Shown: positions 27,446 to 38,322, numbered from the stretch's first letter. The stretch is DNA of 64,000 nt from Bacteroidota bacterium (GCA_025354385.1 JANXMZ010000055.1:8350-72349), one strand, 5' to 3'. Notes: a model not told the origin generated them from the letters alone. Program-made: numbers and translations.

Positions 27446-28702
27446 TTAATGTGCGAGTGTTTTATAATGATTTTTAACAGCTGCAGAAAGCTCATCTCTA
27501 AAAACTTTCCATGGTCTTCTTCTGGCTGTTTCCATTGCTTCTTTTCCAGCAAATGAAATTTTCTCAGGGTTGGCAATTAGGTCTTCCAAAACGCTTTTTA
27601 AGGCAATAGTTGAACCAGTTTCAATCAACCACCCATTTTTATCGTGTTCTATCAAATCAGGACCTGCAGAATTAAAGGTTGCAATTACCGGGGTTCCTTG
27701 AGACATTGCTTCTGATATTACCAACCCAAAACCGTCAAATAAAGTAGGAAATACAAGTACATCATGTTCTCGCATTATTTTTAAAATTTCATCATGGTGT
27801 AAACTTGGAATCCAATTATGTTTTGCAACCATTTCATTTAATGCTTCGCAATTATCATCGGCTTTTCGGCCAATTAACGTTAAACTTATATGTTTCTCCA
27901 AAGTTGCAATAGCCTCTGCAAGATACGCAATGCCTTTTTGTTGAGAGAGGTTCCCTACAAAGAGTATTTTGAGCGGTTCATTTGCCTGATGTTTCCTATA
28001 TTCTCTCACCGATCCAACCTCAGGAAAGCCATAAGGAATTACTTGAACTGGTGGAAGTTTTCCTGGATAATCGCTAAGTGTTGATTTTGTAAATTTGCTT
28101 GCCACGAAAATTACACTCGCCATTTTTATTTCCTCATCCTTCCTTCTTAATTTTTCCTCTGAATCAAAAAGACCTGTTATTGTTGATTTCCATTCAGGAA
28201 AACGTTTTTTCTCCTCTTCCAGTATGCGCAATTTGGCGCGCCAGTATCCGGTAGGTAAATCGTATATATTTTGATAACCCTTGTTTCTAGCTGAATTAAA
28301 GGATTGATAAGCCCCATCTTCGTATGCATAAACACCATCTATTTGAGAAGCATCTGATTTTTTAATGATATCGGCTATCTTTTTATCAAGATTTCGGGTG
28401 ATTGCCTGGACACTGAAGTAACCAGTTTCTTGAGTTAGCAATTTTTTTATTCCAGCCCTTGCAGCCAATAACCTTCCCAATTCCATGAAGGGTTCAGTAT
28501 GGGTATATGGTTGTAAAATAAGTTCCAAACTGCGTTTTTTCAATTCAGAAAGAAAACTGATATTAGCCAAATTATCTAAAAAAGAACCTTCAAAGCAAGC
28601 AATACTGGTATGAAATTCTGCAAGCATATCACTTTCTGCAAAAGCAATGGCAGAGGCTCTTACATTTGCATTTCCTTGAGGATGAAATAATATCAATTTC
28701 AT
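27446..28702 (-). CDS. Glycosyltransferase family 4
   Basis: FPTLFDGFGLVISEAMSQGTPVIATFNSAGPDLIEHDKNGWL. Confidence 0.8.
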   Translation of the reverse strand: MKLILFHPQGNANVRASAIAFAESDMLAEFHTSIACFEGSFLDNLANISFLSELKKRSLELILQPYTHTEPFMELGRLLAARAGIKKLLTQETGYFSVQAITRNLDKKIADIIKKSDASQIDGVYAYEDGAYQSFNSARNKGYQNIYDLPTGYWRAKLRILEEEKKRFPEWKSTITGLFDSEEKLRRKDEEIKMASVIFVASKFTKSTLSDYPGKLPPVQVIPYGFPEVGSVREYRKHQANEPLKILFVGNLSQQKGIAYLAEAIATLEKHISLTLIGRKADDNCEALNEMVAKHNWIPSLHHDEILKIMREHDVLVFPTLFDGFGLVISEAMSQGTPVIATFNSAGPDLIEHDKNGWLIETGSTIALKSVLEDLIANPEKISFAGKEAMETARRRPWKVFRDELSAAVKNHYKTLAH

Positions 28703-28720
28703 TTTTGAATATTAAATCAA

Positions 28721-29314
28721 TTATAAGGATAGCCAAGCTTTATTGGCTGCCAAAAATTCACATGGATTGTAGTTCAACAATTCGGTTCTTTTTTTATCGA
28801 TTGCTTTTGCGGGATTGCCAACCATAATAGTTCCTGGTAAAACCGATTTTGTTACCACCGCCCTTGCACCAATTACCGCACCTTTACCTATACTTATACC
28901 TGGTAATATCAATGCACCAGTGCCAATCCAAACATAATCATCAATTTTCACTTCCCCTTTTATCTCTTTCCATGATGGGTCTAATACATCATGAGAAGCC
29001 GTTAAAATTTCAACACCATCATTGATACAAACATGGTTTCCTATGATTACATTATCATGTATACTTAATTTAACGCGGCCAATAAAGCTATTATGACCAA
29101 CTGCAAGCAATTTAAATCCACCTTCAATATTTACCTCACCAATTTCTGCAGTTTCGCTAATTGTGGCTCCTTTCCTTATTAAACTTGTTCGTCTTCTATT
29201 TCTTTTTAGTAATTCGGGCAATAGCAATATTCTTTTTCCCCAATTTTTATAAAATATGAGTGAGCTAATAGGCGATTTCGCTCTATTTTGCCATAGATAT
29301 TGTAAACTTGCCAT
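28721..29314 (-). CDS. Hexapeptide-repeat acyltransferase
   Basis: IDDYVWIGTGALILPGISIGKGAVIGARAVVTKSV. Confidence 0.8.
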   Translation of the reverse strand: MASLQYLWQNRAKSPISSLIFYKNWGKRILLLPELLKRNRRRTSLIRKGATISETAEIGEVNIEGGFKLLAVGHNSFIGRVKLSIHDNVIIGNHVCINDGVEILTASHDVLDPSWKEIKGEVKIDDYVWIGTGALILPGISIGKGAVIGARAVVTKSVLPGTIMVGNPAKAIDKKRTELLNYNPCEFLAANKAWLSL

Positions 29315-29318
29315 ATTT

Positions 29319-30443
29319 TTATTTTGAAGATAAATTATAGATAAACTGATCTGAAACAGCAGCCAAATTGTGGGATGTTGGTGGAGATAGCTTCATTTCA
29401 AAAATAGATTTAGAATCGTCTGGCTTAAATTGAATCATTCCTTCATCTAATTGGTATTTAAAATTAATACTTGGATTCCAATCACGCGATACATTGATAA
29501 CAATCAAACCATGTTCTAACATTGCTGCAACTGATCCACTTTTATCCATTAGAGAGATAGGTGTTGTTGCAATTCCATATTTTGAATGACTTAACTCGTA
29601 GGAAATTCTTTCTGAAGACTGTTCTCCTAAAACTACTAATTTTAAACCTGCGGCTGTCCAATCATTTTCCCATACTTGCTGCTCGGATCCACACCGACCT
29701 ATGATAGTTAATTTAGCCGTGGCGTTGATTAATTTGACTTGATCTAAAACTTGTTGAACAAATTTTTTGACTGGAGCTCCAGCGTGAATTCCACCAAACA
29801 AAATAAAACTCAATTCATTGTCACTATCTCTAATGCTTTTCAAATTATTGGGAATTTCATTTTGAACAACATAAATATTTCCAAACAATGGTAAATAAAG
29901 TGGGTTACAACCAAGTTCTTTCAAATATTCTAAATATAATTTTGTTTGTGTGTGAACAACTAAAGGTTGTAATTTAAACAGGAATTTTTTAATTAATTTT
30001 TTTTGCAATTTTCCCCATAAATAATCCTTAATCGAGGCATTTGATGTCATACCCACCCACAGTTCATGAAACATAATGTGCCACTTTACATTTTTGGCAA
30101 GCTTGCTTAGCTCTGTAGCCCATCCATAAGGTAATCCTTTGGCATTAAAAGCAAATGGCACGAATTGTAAGCTTATCCATTCTGGATTATTTTTATCAAT
30201 CCATTCTTTAACTCTAACAAACCGTTTTACTTTTTCTAATAAACCTGGAAGTCGTAAAACTGGAATTTTTATACCTTCCGATAATTGATTTGTTATTTCT
30301 TCATAAGAAACAAAAAAATCATTTATAGCTAATACAGATACGGAATGCTCCTTTTTAATAAGCGATCCGGCCAATCGTCGGATGTAATCACCAACACCAT
30401 CCTTACCTGGTTCTATTGAGCCACAAATGAATATTATTTTCAT
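29319..30443 (-). CDS. Putative glycosyltransferase (GT-B-like)
   Basis: N-terminus MKIIFICGSIEPGKDGVGDYIRRLAGSL is typical of GT4 N-domains. The C-terminal half is divergent. Confidence 0.5.
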   Translation of the reverse strand: MKIIFICGSIEPGKDGVGDYIRRLAGSLIKKEHSVSVLAINDFFVSYEEITNQLSEGIKIPVLRLPGLLEKVKRFVRVKEWIDKNNPEWISLQFVPFAFNAKGLPYGWATELSKLAKNVKWHIMFHELWVGMTSNASIKDYLWGKLQKKLIKKFLFKLQPLVVHTQTKLYLEYLKELGCNPLYLPLFGNIYVVQNEIPNNLKSIRDSDNELSFILFGGIHAGAPVKKFVQQVLDQVKLINATAKLTIIGRCGSEQQVWENDWTAAGLKLVVLGEQSSERISYELSHSKYGIATTPISLMDKSGSVAAMLEHGLIVINVSRDWNPSINFKYQLDEGMIQFKPDDSKSIFEMKLSPPTSHNLAAVSDQFIYNLSSK

Positions 30444-30477
30444 TTAAAATTATAAATAAGACCTCTTACTTCAATTG

Positions 30478-31026
30478 CTATTGAAATAATCTTTTATACA
30501 CTTTGCAATCCTCTTGTTCGCAAAATTCGTCTTCGTGTGTCCTTATTATTTTGGCGGGAACCCCTGCAACCAATGTCTGAGGAGGAACATTCTTGGTAAC
30601 AATAGCACCAGCAGCAATTTTAGCACCTCTACCAATGGTTACACCGGGTAAAATAATGGCTCTTGTTCCAATCCACGCGTAATCATGGATTACCACTGGT
30701 CTTTCCCTATCTTTTTTACCATTTTCATCTTTTTCATGATCGGCCGTTAAGATAATTACATCTGAAGAAATTGAAACGCCTGTTCCAATTGTTATACTTC
30801 CTCTTGTGTCAATCCTGCACCTCGCATTTATGACAGAGTAGTTACCAACTGTTAATCCTCGCGCGCAATCGAAAGTAGTTCGCATTAAAACAGTACTGTG
30901 TTTGCCAAAATTAAAACCCATAAAGTATTTGTAATAAGCAACTCTTATGGTGTGGCTGGGGATTTTGGAAATCCATTCATTGCAAAAATAAAGTCGCAAT
31001 TCGGATAGAAATCTATTGATTATCAT
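30478..31026 (-). CDS. Hexapeptide-repeat acetyltransferase
   Basis: IHDYAWIGTRAIILPGVTIGRGAKIAAGAIVTKNV. Confidence 0.8.
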   Translation of the reverse strand: MIINRFLSELRLYFCNEWISKIPSHTIRVAYYKYFMGFNFGKHSTVLMRTTFDCARGLTVGNYSVINARCRIDTRGSITIGTGVSISSDVIILTADHEKDENGKKDRERPVVIHDYAWIGTRAIILPGVTIGRGAKIAAGAIVTKNVPPQTLVAGVPAKIIRTHEDEFCEQEDCKVYKRLFQ

Positions 31027-31029
31027 AGT

Positions 31030-31977
31030 TTATTTTTTTTGATATATTCTACTAATTAAGGACGCAGTGAGAATACTGAGTTTTTTTCTTTTTCTATAGC
31101 CTGCACTAAAAGATTGAATAGGACCATCAACATATTTCCAATATGCACTATCTTGAAGTGTTGGGGCATATCCTTTTAACGCAGATGGTATAAATTTCTT
31201 TTTCCAAGGTTTGGGAGAACCAACAGCGTGAGACATTGTCCAACCTCCATGAATAAAGTCCATACCTTCGGGTCCGAATTCACTTATAGGCGAATTGCAG
31301 CACATGGCTGCCATGTTCATTGCATCTTGGTCTGTTGCAAAAAAAGGATCTGTTCTATCTGTTGGCATAAATTTATCTGGTGCCAAATTGTAGTGTTCAA
31401 TACCAACATCCATTATTTTTTTCCAGACTTGCAGATACTCTTTGTGATTTTTATCGACACCACAATATCCACCATTTATATAAGCGTGTAACTGATGTGT
31501 GATTTTAAAGCCCGCTTTTGCAATAATTTCTTCCCACATTTTTCTAATGGGGTGAGTAGTGGGCATATCTGTGGCAATAATTTCATGCACCAACGCGACA
31601 CCATAAGACATCCATTTTTCAAAAAAAGTCCATTTGCATTTAATAACAATATCTGGATCGAAATATGAAAGTGAATCTGCATTTTTAGCCGGTCCATTAA
31701 AAAGTCTAATCATAAAGTCAGGCTTGTAATTGGTAAGGTGGTATTCCGTTTCTACTGGTAAGAAGTGTAATTTTAAATCATCCAGAACAGTTAAAGTAGT
31801 TGCGCCAGGCCATTCGAGTTCAGTGTTCAATTTTGCATTTTTGCTCCATTCCGGCAAATTACCGCGGTAACCTACAAAAATATCTCCACGAAATCCATTT
31901 TGATAAAGTGAATTTGATAAGCCAGCCAAACCATGATGGAAATGCTTTTCAAATAATGTACATACGGACGAATTCAT
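31030..31977 (-). CDS. Hypothetical protein, possibly divergent GT-A (GT8-like) nucleotide-sugar transferase
   Basis: YFDPDIVIK (DxD-like) and ATDQDAMNMA (resembles the GT8 DQD-LN motif). No signal peptide or TM. Embedded in the polysaccharide locus. Confidence 0.35.
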   Translation of the reverse strand: MNSSVCTLFEKHFHHGLAGLSNSLYQNGFRGDIFVGYRGNLPEWSKNAKLNTELEWPGATTLTVLDDLKLHFLPVETEYHLTNYKPDFMIRLFNGPAKNADSLSYFDPDIVIKCKWTFFEKWMSYGVALVHEIIATDMPTTHPIRKMWEEIIAKAGFKITHQLHAYINGGYCGVDKNHKEYLQVWKKIMDVGIEHYNLAPDKFMPTDRTDPFFATDQDAMNMAAMCCNSPISEFGPEGMDFIHGGWTMSHAVGSPKPWKKKFIPSALKGYAPTLQDSAYWKYVDGPIQSFSAGYRKRKKLSILTASLISRIYQKK

Positions 31978-31981
31978 ATTC

Positions 31982-32569
31982 TTAATTTTTAGTATTATTT
32001 TCCCTTTTTTTTATAAATCTAGCAGGCACACCGGCATAAATTTCATAGTCTCCAATATCTTTCAACACCACTGAACCAGCAGCAATCACTGCTCCCTTTC
32101 CAATTTTAACACCCTTTAAGACAATAACATTTGCCCCTAACCAAACTTCTTCTCCAATCTCTATTGGTACAATTTCCTGTTTTTGAGTGTTCATAGGCTC
32201 ATTCAATGCCATGCCGTGATTATGGTCAATAAATTTGCATCCTGAAGCTATCATTGCATTTTTCCCAATTGTTATTTTTCCACTGATATTAAATTCACTA
32301 AAAGCACCAATAAACACACCATCGCCAATAAGAATAGATGGTTCCTTTTTCCAAATACCATCATATTTAAAAAATATCTGATGTTCTAAAATACATTTTT
32401 CTCCAATCAATACTTGATGTGGCCATGTTACTTTTATTTTTGGAATTCGAGTATTCTTACCAATTTTCATTCCCAAAAACAAATACCATAATTTCCTCAG
32501 AGTAGCAGAGAAAATACGACTATATCTTATTCTAAGAACAAAAGCTGATTGTTGAATAAAGTATGACAT
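31982..32569 (-). CDS. Hexapeptide-repeat acetyltransferase
   Basis: IGEEVWLGANVIVLKGVKIGKGAVIAAGSVVLKDI. The track start at 32572 is TTG and is followed immediately by ATG at 32569, which I prefer. Confidence 0.8.
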   Translation of the reverse strand: MSYFIQQSAFVLRIRYSRIFSATLRKLWYLFLGMKIGKNTRIPKIKVTWPHQVLIGEKCILEHQIFFKYDGIWKKEPSILIGDGVFIGAFSEFNISGKITIGKNAMIASGCKFIDHNHGMALNEPMNTQKQEIVPIEIGEEVWLGANVIVLKGVKIGKGAVIAAGSVVLKDIGDYEIYAGVPARFIKKRENNTKN

Positions 32570-32589
32570 CAATGAATTAATTTAATTTT

Positions 32590-33570
32590 TCAAGAAAACT
32601 CGCCCGGATAGTATCCCAATTTCCTAACCAATCTGGCAAGGTTAAAGTATGGATCTTTATGATTACTGTATAGCAATTTTTTTAAAATCCAATTATGATT
32701 AACAATGTCTAATATGGCTTCTAAAAATATATCATTTGCAATGTTAGAATGATGCAAGCGCTTTTCTAATGTTCGATCTTTTCTATATTCATTAATGAGT
32801 GTAGACATGATAACACCTTTGGCTCTTCTTTCTGCGCGCCATGCTAAAATCCTGTTTTGCTTTTTCAATTGCTTAGACATGTTGAAATACATTAGCGGCC
32901 AACAATCTCTCGTTATGTCTTGATTTTTTATTGCATCCTGATCAACATGTCTTCTCCAATAATTAATTGTCTGTCCGGTAGCATATAAATTAAGACGCGT
33001 TGCATTAGAATAAATCCAAAGCCAATCATTACCACTATGGGGTTTAGAAACATATGGCCATTTTCTCATTGTTGAAGTTCTCATAATTGATAAAACTGGA
33101 AAACCTAACCCATTGAGAATAGCGTTGGAAAGCAATTGAAACCCAGACATAGGACCCTCTTTGAAAGTTCTTTGCACTTTGGCATCATTTTTTGCTTTTT
33201 CAAATGTTGTAAATGACCCAAAAAAAACATCAATGGTATTATCTTTTGTATAAGCTTCTAAAAAAAGTTTAAAGGCATTGCCTTCAATTAAATCATCACT
33301 GCAAAGAATAGAGATAAAATCAGAATTTGCCAATTGGATACATCTGTTCCAATTTCCAAACAATCCAATATTATTTTCGTTCTTGACGTATCTTATTCTA
33401 CTATCATCAAAAGTTTCGCAAATCTCTTTAAAATCATTGTGTGCCGAATGATCATCTACCACTATTATTTCTGTACATTCCACAACACTAAGTGCCGAAG
33501 AAAGTGCTTCGGAAAATCCCAATATTCTATCATAAACTGGAATTCCAATAGTATAAGTGAGTTGATTCAT
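32590..33570 (-). CDS. Glycosyltransferase family 2
   Basis: IGIPVYDR...IIVVDDHSAHND...LCSDDL. Confidence 0.8.
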   Translation of the reverse strand: MNQLTYTIGIPVYDRILGFSEALSSALSVVECTEIIVVDDHSAHNDFKEICETFDDSRIRYVKNENNIGLFGNWNRCIQLANSDFISILCSDDLIEGNAFKLFLEAYTKDNTIDVFFGSFTTFEKAKNDAKVQRTFKEGPMSGFQLLSNAILNGLGFPVLSIMRTSTMRKWPYVSKPHSGNDWLWIYSNATRLNLYATGQTINYWRRHVDQDAIKNQDITRDCWPLMYFNMSKQLKKQNRILAWRAERRAKGVIMSTLINEYRKDRTLEKRLHHSNIANDIFLEAILDIVNHNWILKKLLYSNHKDPYFNLARLVRKLGYYPGEFS

Positions 33571-33608
33571 TATTATTTAAAAAACAAATTGAATTTGTTT
33601 AAATATAT

Positions 33609-34904
33609 CTACTGTCCTTCAATTTTTCTAACTCTATAGATGAAATAGATGTAGTACATTAAAATTTCCACGATGCCAATAAAAAGATTTAATTCTAAGA
33701 CACCCATTAAGGTTGAAACATCAATTATTAATGCCCCAACAATAATTGTTACTATAATAACAGGTATGGTTAAAATAGGAGCCATAATCATTCCACGATT
33801 AACAGAAAGTGCAAACGATGCACCACCTAATAATCCCAAACAACCACCCGCAATGCATAAAATTAATTCAGTTTGCAGGTTTGCGTATTCAGGCCCAATA
33901 ATCCATAATATCTGATTTGGAAACAAATAGGTAATTCCAACAGCAAGGCAACCAAATAAGGTCAAACCTAATTGAATTTGAAAAAAAATTTTTGTTAACT
34001 TATTTTTATCGTTTGGTAATCGTGCAAAACGTGGGGTTACCAGTGTGCTCATAAGTGTTCCTATAACACCCAATAACATACCCAATCTACCAAGCGCACC
34101 AACTTGTGCAACAGAATTTGTGTTGCCGAAAAAAGAAATCAACCAAATGGTAATTTGACCTGATACACAATAATAAATTGCCCCAGGTAAAATTCGTTTA
34201 ACAAAAGAAAGGATTTCCTTCCTTACAACTGGATCTGGTTTTTGATTAGTATCTACATATTTTAAAGAAATCTTTCGCAAATCTAGATTTCCCCATATTT
34301 GAGCAATTCCGGATGAGATGATGGCGAAAAAAGCCCAAGGAAAAATAAAAATAGACAGAGTAGTCAAAAATAATCTACCAATGTTCAGATATACATTATT
34401 TCTTTGAAGCGATTTAATGTCCTGATGTAATTTAGGAGCCAATTGTAATATGGTTCCCGATAAAGCAGTATAAAATGCAGGAATTAATGAAGCAAGTAAA
34501 AGAATGGACATCACCCACGAAGCTCCATGGTGTCTCAATAAATATATTAGGAACGGGGCAACAATAATTAAACTGGCGATTGCAAATTTCTTTCTCAGGT
34601 CTAAGCCTGTTGCCAATACGATTCCCAATCTTTCTTTATCCTGCCATACTTTACCACCTTGAGCCATTGTGCCAGAAGATATACCTCCATCTGCCAACAC
34701 TACCATTGTACCCAGCATTGTATTTGCTAATGTATAAAATGCATATTCGGTTGCGGGAAGCAATCGTATTACCAAAATGCCACTTACTAACCCTAAAAAT
34801 TGAACCAAAATCTGAGCACTACCAGTATAACCAACCAATTTAATCCAATTAAAAAGATTAATAATGGCCGGATTATTTTTGTGCTTTTGCAATACAGTTT
34901 TCAT
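33609..34904 (-). CDS. Polysaccharide flippase (Wzx/MOP-superfamily-like)
   Basis: 431 aa, ~12 TM helices, positioned next to Wzc. Confidence 0.65.
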   Translation of the reverse strand: MKTVLQKHKNNPAIINLFNWIKLVGYTGSAQILVQFLGLVSGILVIRLLPATEYAFYTLANTMLGTMVVLADGGISSGTMAQGGKVWQDKERLGIVLATGLDLRKKFAIASLIIVAPFLIYLLRHHGASWVMSILLLASLIPAFYTALSGTILQLAPKLHQDIKSLQRNNVYLNIGRLFLTTLSIFIFPWAFFAIISSGIAQIWGNLDLRKISLKYVDTNQKPDPVVRKEILSFVKRILPGAIYYCVSGQITIWLISFFGNTNSVAQVGALGRLGMLLGVIGTLMSTLVTPRFARLPNDKNKLTKIFFQIQLGLTLFGCLAVGITYLFPNQILWIIGPEYANLQTELILCIAGGCLGLLGGASFALSVNRGMIMAPILTIPVIIVTIIVGALIIDVSTLMGVLELNLFIGIVEILMYYIYFIYRVRKIEGQ

Positions 34905-34934
34905 AATAACAAATGGAGAGAAAATTCTTAGAAA

Positions 34935-37331
34935 CTATAATTTTTGTTCCGATTTCTGAACTGGCTTTTTAGATTTTGAAAAGAATTTTTTACTCGATTT
35001 TTTAGATATTTCTTGATCAACACCATAACCGTAGCCATAACCATATCCATTACCATAACCATAGGTTGGAGATTTACCTATACCGAATATACCTCTTGAT
35101 TTTAATCCATTGAATATAATATTCAGATTATTGAATTCTTTATTTTGAAATAATTGATTAACAAATTTCAAATATTTTTTTGGGGTATGTTTATGGCGAA
35201 TAACATATAAGCACAGGTCAGAATATTTATTGAGTATTCTCGCATCTGTAACAAGCCCAATAGGTGGCGAATCTATGATAACATAATCGAACTCTTTTTT
35301 TAATTCTTCCATCATTGTATCCAACTTACCGTTAAGCATTAATTCAGTTGGATTGGGTGGAATAGTGCCCGAAGGAATTACAAATAAATTTTGAACATTT
35401 TTAACGGGTACTATAATTTTATCAAGTTGTGCTATGCCCGCCAAATAATTAGAAATACCAGGCTCGTTTTTGATGTCAAGCATATTACTTAATTTTGGTT
35501 TTCTTAAATCCAATTCCAGTAAAACCACCTTTTTATTTGTTAGTGCCAAACTAGCCCCCATATTTATGGCAATAAAACTTTTACCATCTCCAGAAATAGA
35601 CGAAGTAAATAATAATGTATTCTTATCATCTTTAATTCCCAAATAAGTTAAGGAGGTTCTAAGAGATCTGAACTGTTCTGCAATAGAAGATCTGTTACCA
35701 TCCGTAATAATTGGCATTTCTTTGCTTTCATCGTGCAATATTTCTGCAAGAATAGTGGCACGTGTTGCCTTTTCTATTTCTGTTCTGAAAACAACAAACG
35801 AATTGTATTTTTCGCGTAAAAGAACAAATAAGACTGCGGCTAAAAATCCAACAACTAACGCAATAAAATAAATACTGGTTTTTACTGGACTTACCGGAAA
35901 ACCAAGACTCTCGGCATCATTAATTAAGCGGCTATCTGCAATGGCCGAGGCGTATGTAAGAGCTGTTTCTTCCCTTTTTTGCAATAAGAAAGTATAAATG
36001 CTACTTTTAATATTTTGGTTTCGATTGATATCTAAAAGGTCTCTTTCTTGCTTTGGCATTTTAAGCAACCTTGAAGAGTATTTATTACTTTCATTCTGCA
36101 CTTTACTTTGACGCGAGAGGAGATTCTGTCTATAATTCCTTAAATTTTCTAATAATCCTGGCTTCAATTGTGCTATTTGGCCCTTTAAAGCAATTACGGA
36201 AGGCGAATTTTCTGCATTGGTTTTTCTGAGCCTGTTGAGTTGCAATTCTGCTTCATATAATTTACTTAAGACCTGAGATAAAAGTGGATCTGTAATACCC
36301 ATAGTGGCTGGCAAAGTACCCGAACCATCATTTTTACTGATAACATAACTTTCAATCTGGTTCAAAACATCAATTTGAATTCTTATTTCTGACAATTGCT
36401 GATCGCTATTTGTTACGCTGCTTAAATAAGCAGACCCTTCGGAACTTAAATCCACGATGCCACTTTGTGTCATGTAATCTACCTTCTCTCCTTCAATATT
36501 AGAAAGTTCTAGCGTTACTTTAGCCAAACGTTCTTCAATGAAATCAAGGGTATTCTTAGACATTGCATTTTTTTCATTGATTGCGTCTTTGTTATAGGTT
36601 TTAATCAAGGTGTTTAGGATGTCCTCCGCTCTTTTAGGCGAAGGGTCTGTGTAACTTAAATTCAGAATGGTAGATTGGTTGGAAGCTGCATTGATGGTTA
36701 AATTATTGACCATTCCTTTTGCCATGCTCGTAACCCTTTGAAGCAATAAAAAATACTGACCTGTTACTTTAGAGTCGTTAAGGTGATTGTAATTGATTCT
36801 GAATTTCCCATAAGGTGTATTAACGGGCACCTCCAAAGGATATTTTTTACCCTCAAATAATATGGATTTATCAACAGGATTATAAATAAAAGTAATAAAT
36901 CCTCCAGAACCTTTAATGTTTTCTGGCTCCAAAGCAATAAAGGAAACTGGGCAATTAGAATAAGCTAACAAGTGGTGAATCCTTCCTGGCACATATATTT
37001 GCGCATACAAACCCAACTCTTGCACTACCTGCCCCATTAATTTTTGAGATTTTAATATTTCAATTTCATTTTTTACATTTTTTTTAGGTGCGGAAACATC
37101 CAACGCTTTCAAAATAGTTTCTGTTCCACTTTCTTCGTCCTTCAGAATTAAAGTAGCATTGGCTTGATAGATTGGCGTTTGATATCTAATGTACATGAAA
37201 GCTGTAAAAATACTGATGCTAACTGTCAGCACAAATACAGGCCAAAAGGGTAAATAAAGATGGATTAAATCAGCAAGTGCATTCGAATCTTCTTCTTTTT
37301 CAAAAGGATTTTGAAAAGTGTTATTGCTCAT
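34935..37331 (-). CDS. Polysaccharide co-polymerase / tyrosine autokinase (Wzc/GumC-like)
   Basis: 798 aa. N-terminal Wzz-type TM plus coiled-coil periplasmic region. Second TM (IYFIALVVGFLAAVLFVLL). Walker A SSISGDGKS. C-terminal Tyr cluster TYGYGNGYGYGYGYG (nt ~35022-35066). Confidence 0.9.
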   Translation of the reverse strand: MSNNTFQNPFEKEEDSNALADLIHLYLPFWPVFVLTVSISIFTAFMYIRYQTPIYQANATLILKDEESGTETILKALDVSAPKKNVKNEIEILKSQKLMGQVVQELGLYAQIYVPGRIHHLLAYSNCPVSFIALEPENIKGSGGFITFIYNPVDKSILFEGKKYPLEVPVNTPYGKFRINYNHLNDSKVTGQYFLLLQRVTSMAKGMVNNLTINAASNQSTILNLSYTDPSPKRAEDILNTLIKTYNKDAINEKNAMSKNTLDFIEERLAKVTLELSNIEGEKVDYMTQSGIVDLSSEGSAYLSSVTNSDQQLSEIRIQIDVLNQIESYVISKNDGSGTLPATMGITDPLLSQVLSKLYEAELQLNRLRKTNAENSPSVIALKGQIAQLKPGLLENLRNYRQNLLSRQSKVQNESNKYSSRLLKMPKQERDLLDINRNQNIKSSIYTFLLQKREETALTYASAIADSRLINDAESLGFPVSPVKTSIYFIALVVGFLAAVLFVLLREKYNSFVVFRTEIEKATRATILAEILHDESKEMPIITDGNRSSIAEQFRSLRTSLTYLGIKDDKNTLLFTSSISGDGKSFIAINMGASLALTNKKVVLLELDLRKPKLSNMLDIKNEPGISNYLAGIAQLDKIIVPVKNVQNLFVIPSGTIPPNPTELMLNGKLDTMMEELKKEFDYVIIDSPPIGLVTDARILNKYSDLCLYVIRHKHTPKKYLKFVNQLFQNKEFNNLNIIFNGLKSRGIFGIGKSPTYGYGNGYGYGYGYGVDQEISKKSSKKFFSKSKKPVQKSEQKL

Positions 37332-37345
37332 AAATTTTAGTTGTT

Positions 37346-38107
37346 TTACTTGATTGTTTTAGACGTTGTGTAAATAAGGAGTATGAAAGAAACAGTTGTG
37401 AGAAAGAGGGATAGGTTTTGTGTAAATCTCGACAATGGAGCTGCTTTGGTATGGGTTGACTCTACGTATAAAACATCTTGGTTTTGAAGATAAAATATAT
37501 CAGTACTAAATATTTCGTTATTATTAAGACTGAATCGTTTTGTTATTCTCTTTCCATCCTTTTCCCTAATCAATAAGATATTTTCTCTGTTTCCATAAAT
37601 TGTCAAATCGCCAGCCATACCAAGTGCCTCTGTTATGGTGATGTGTTCGTTCGGCACTGTAACAACACCGGGCTTATTTACTTCACCAAGAATAGTGATT
37701 TTAAAATTGGTGATTCTCACATTGACAATTGGGCTAAGCATTAATTGATTTTGAATTAATTTTTTAGAAATGGTGTCTGCCAATTGGATTTTATTTAATC
37801 CTCCCGCTTTAATATTGCCCAATAAGGGAAGTTTGATTCTGCCGGAATCATCCACCATAAAACCATCTGCAGTTGACACATTATTCAAAATTTTACTTGT
37901 TTCAACATCCAATGAAAATACTGATATCTGCAAAATGTCGCTTGGTTTAATAATACTCTCTTTAGGGAATAAAGTAGAATTAGAAACGCTGTTGGTTTCT
38001 AAGGATTTAAAATATATCAGCTTCTCATTTTTTCTTGTAAGGCAAGAACTTAAGCCAAAAATTAGCGCCATAAGAAGAATAAGAATAGAATTTTTTGAAA
38101 TTTTCAT
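37346..38107 (-). CDS. Polysaccharide export outer-membrane lipoprotein (Wza-like)
   Basis: Lipoprotein signal LSSC. Poly_export-like IKPSDILQISVF. SLBB-like GEVNKPGVVTVP...ITITEALGMAGD. Confidence 0.8.
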   Translation of the reverse strand: MKISKNSILILLMALIFGLSSCLTRKNEKLIYFKSLETNSVSNSTLFPKESIIKPSDILQISVFSLDVETSKILNNVSTADGFMVDDSGRIKLPLLGNIKAGGLNKIQLADTISKKLIQNQLMLSPIVNVRITNFKITILGEVNKPGVVTVPNEHITITEALGMAGDLTIYGNRENILLIREKDGKRITKRFSLNNNEIFSTDIFYLQNQDVLYVESTHTKAAPLSRFTQNLSLFLTTVSFILLIYTTSKTIK

Positions 38108-38288
38108 TATTTTATAAAAGATTGATATTGTGTAATTAGGGATTTACGAAACTATTTCAGCAATTAATGTTTTTTTATTGATTGAATTTGAAGGATTTAA
38201 GACAATAAATGATATTCAAAATCAAAGATCAAAAATGAGAGATGTTTACAAAGCTTCGCTATCGTTAGTCACAGAATGTACTAAAGCC

Positions 38289-38296
38289 CAAAACTA
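38289..38296 (-). promoter_or_regulatory. Candidate -7 box TAGTTTTG in the upxY-wza spacer
   Basis: Plus-strand caaaacta, which reads TAGTTTTG on the minus strand. It lies 27 nt downstream of the upxY stop and ~180 nt upstream of the wza ATG. No clean -33 TTTG. Confidence 0.2.
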
Positions 38297-38322
38297 AAAT
38301 TAGGTTGCAATATTAGTGAATT

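Noticed and set aside
35022-35066. Tandem TAT/GGT-type short repeat, considered as a microsatellite or phase-variation tract
   Set aside because: It is in-frame and encodes the YGYGNGYGYGYGYG tyrosine cluster expected at the C-terminus of Wzc-type autokinases.
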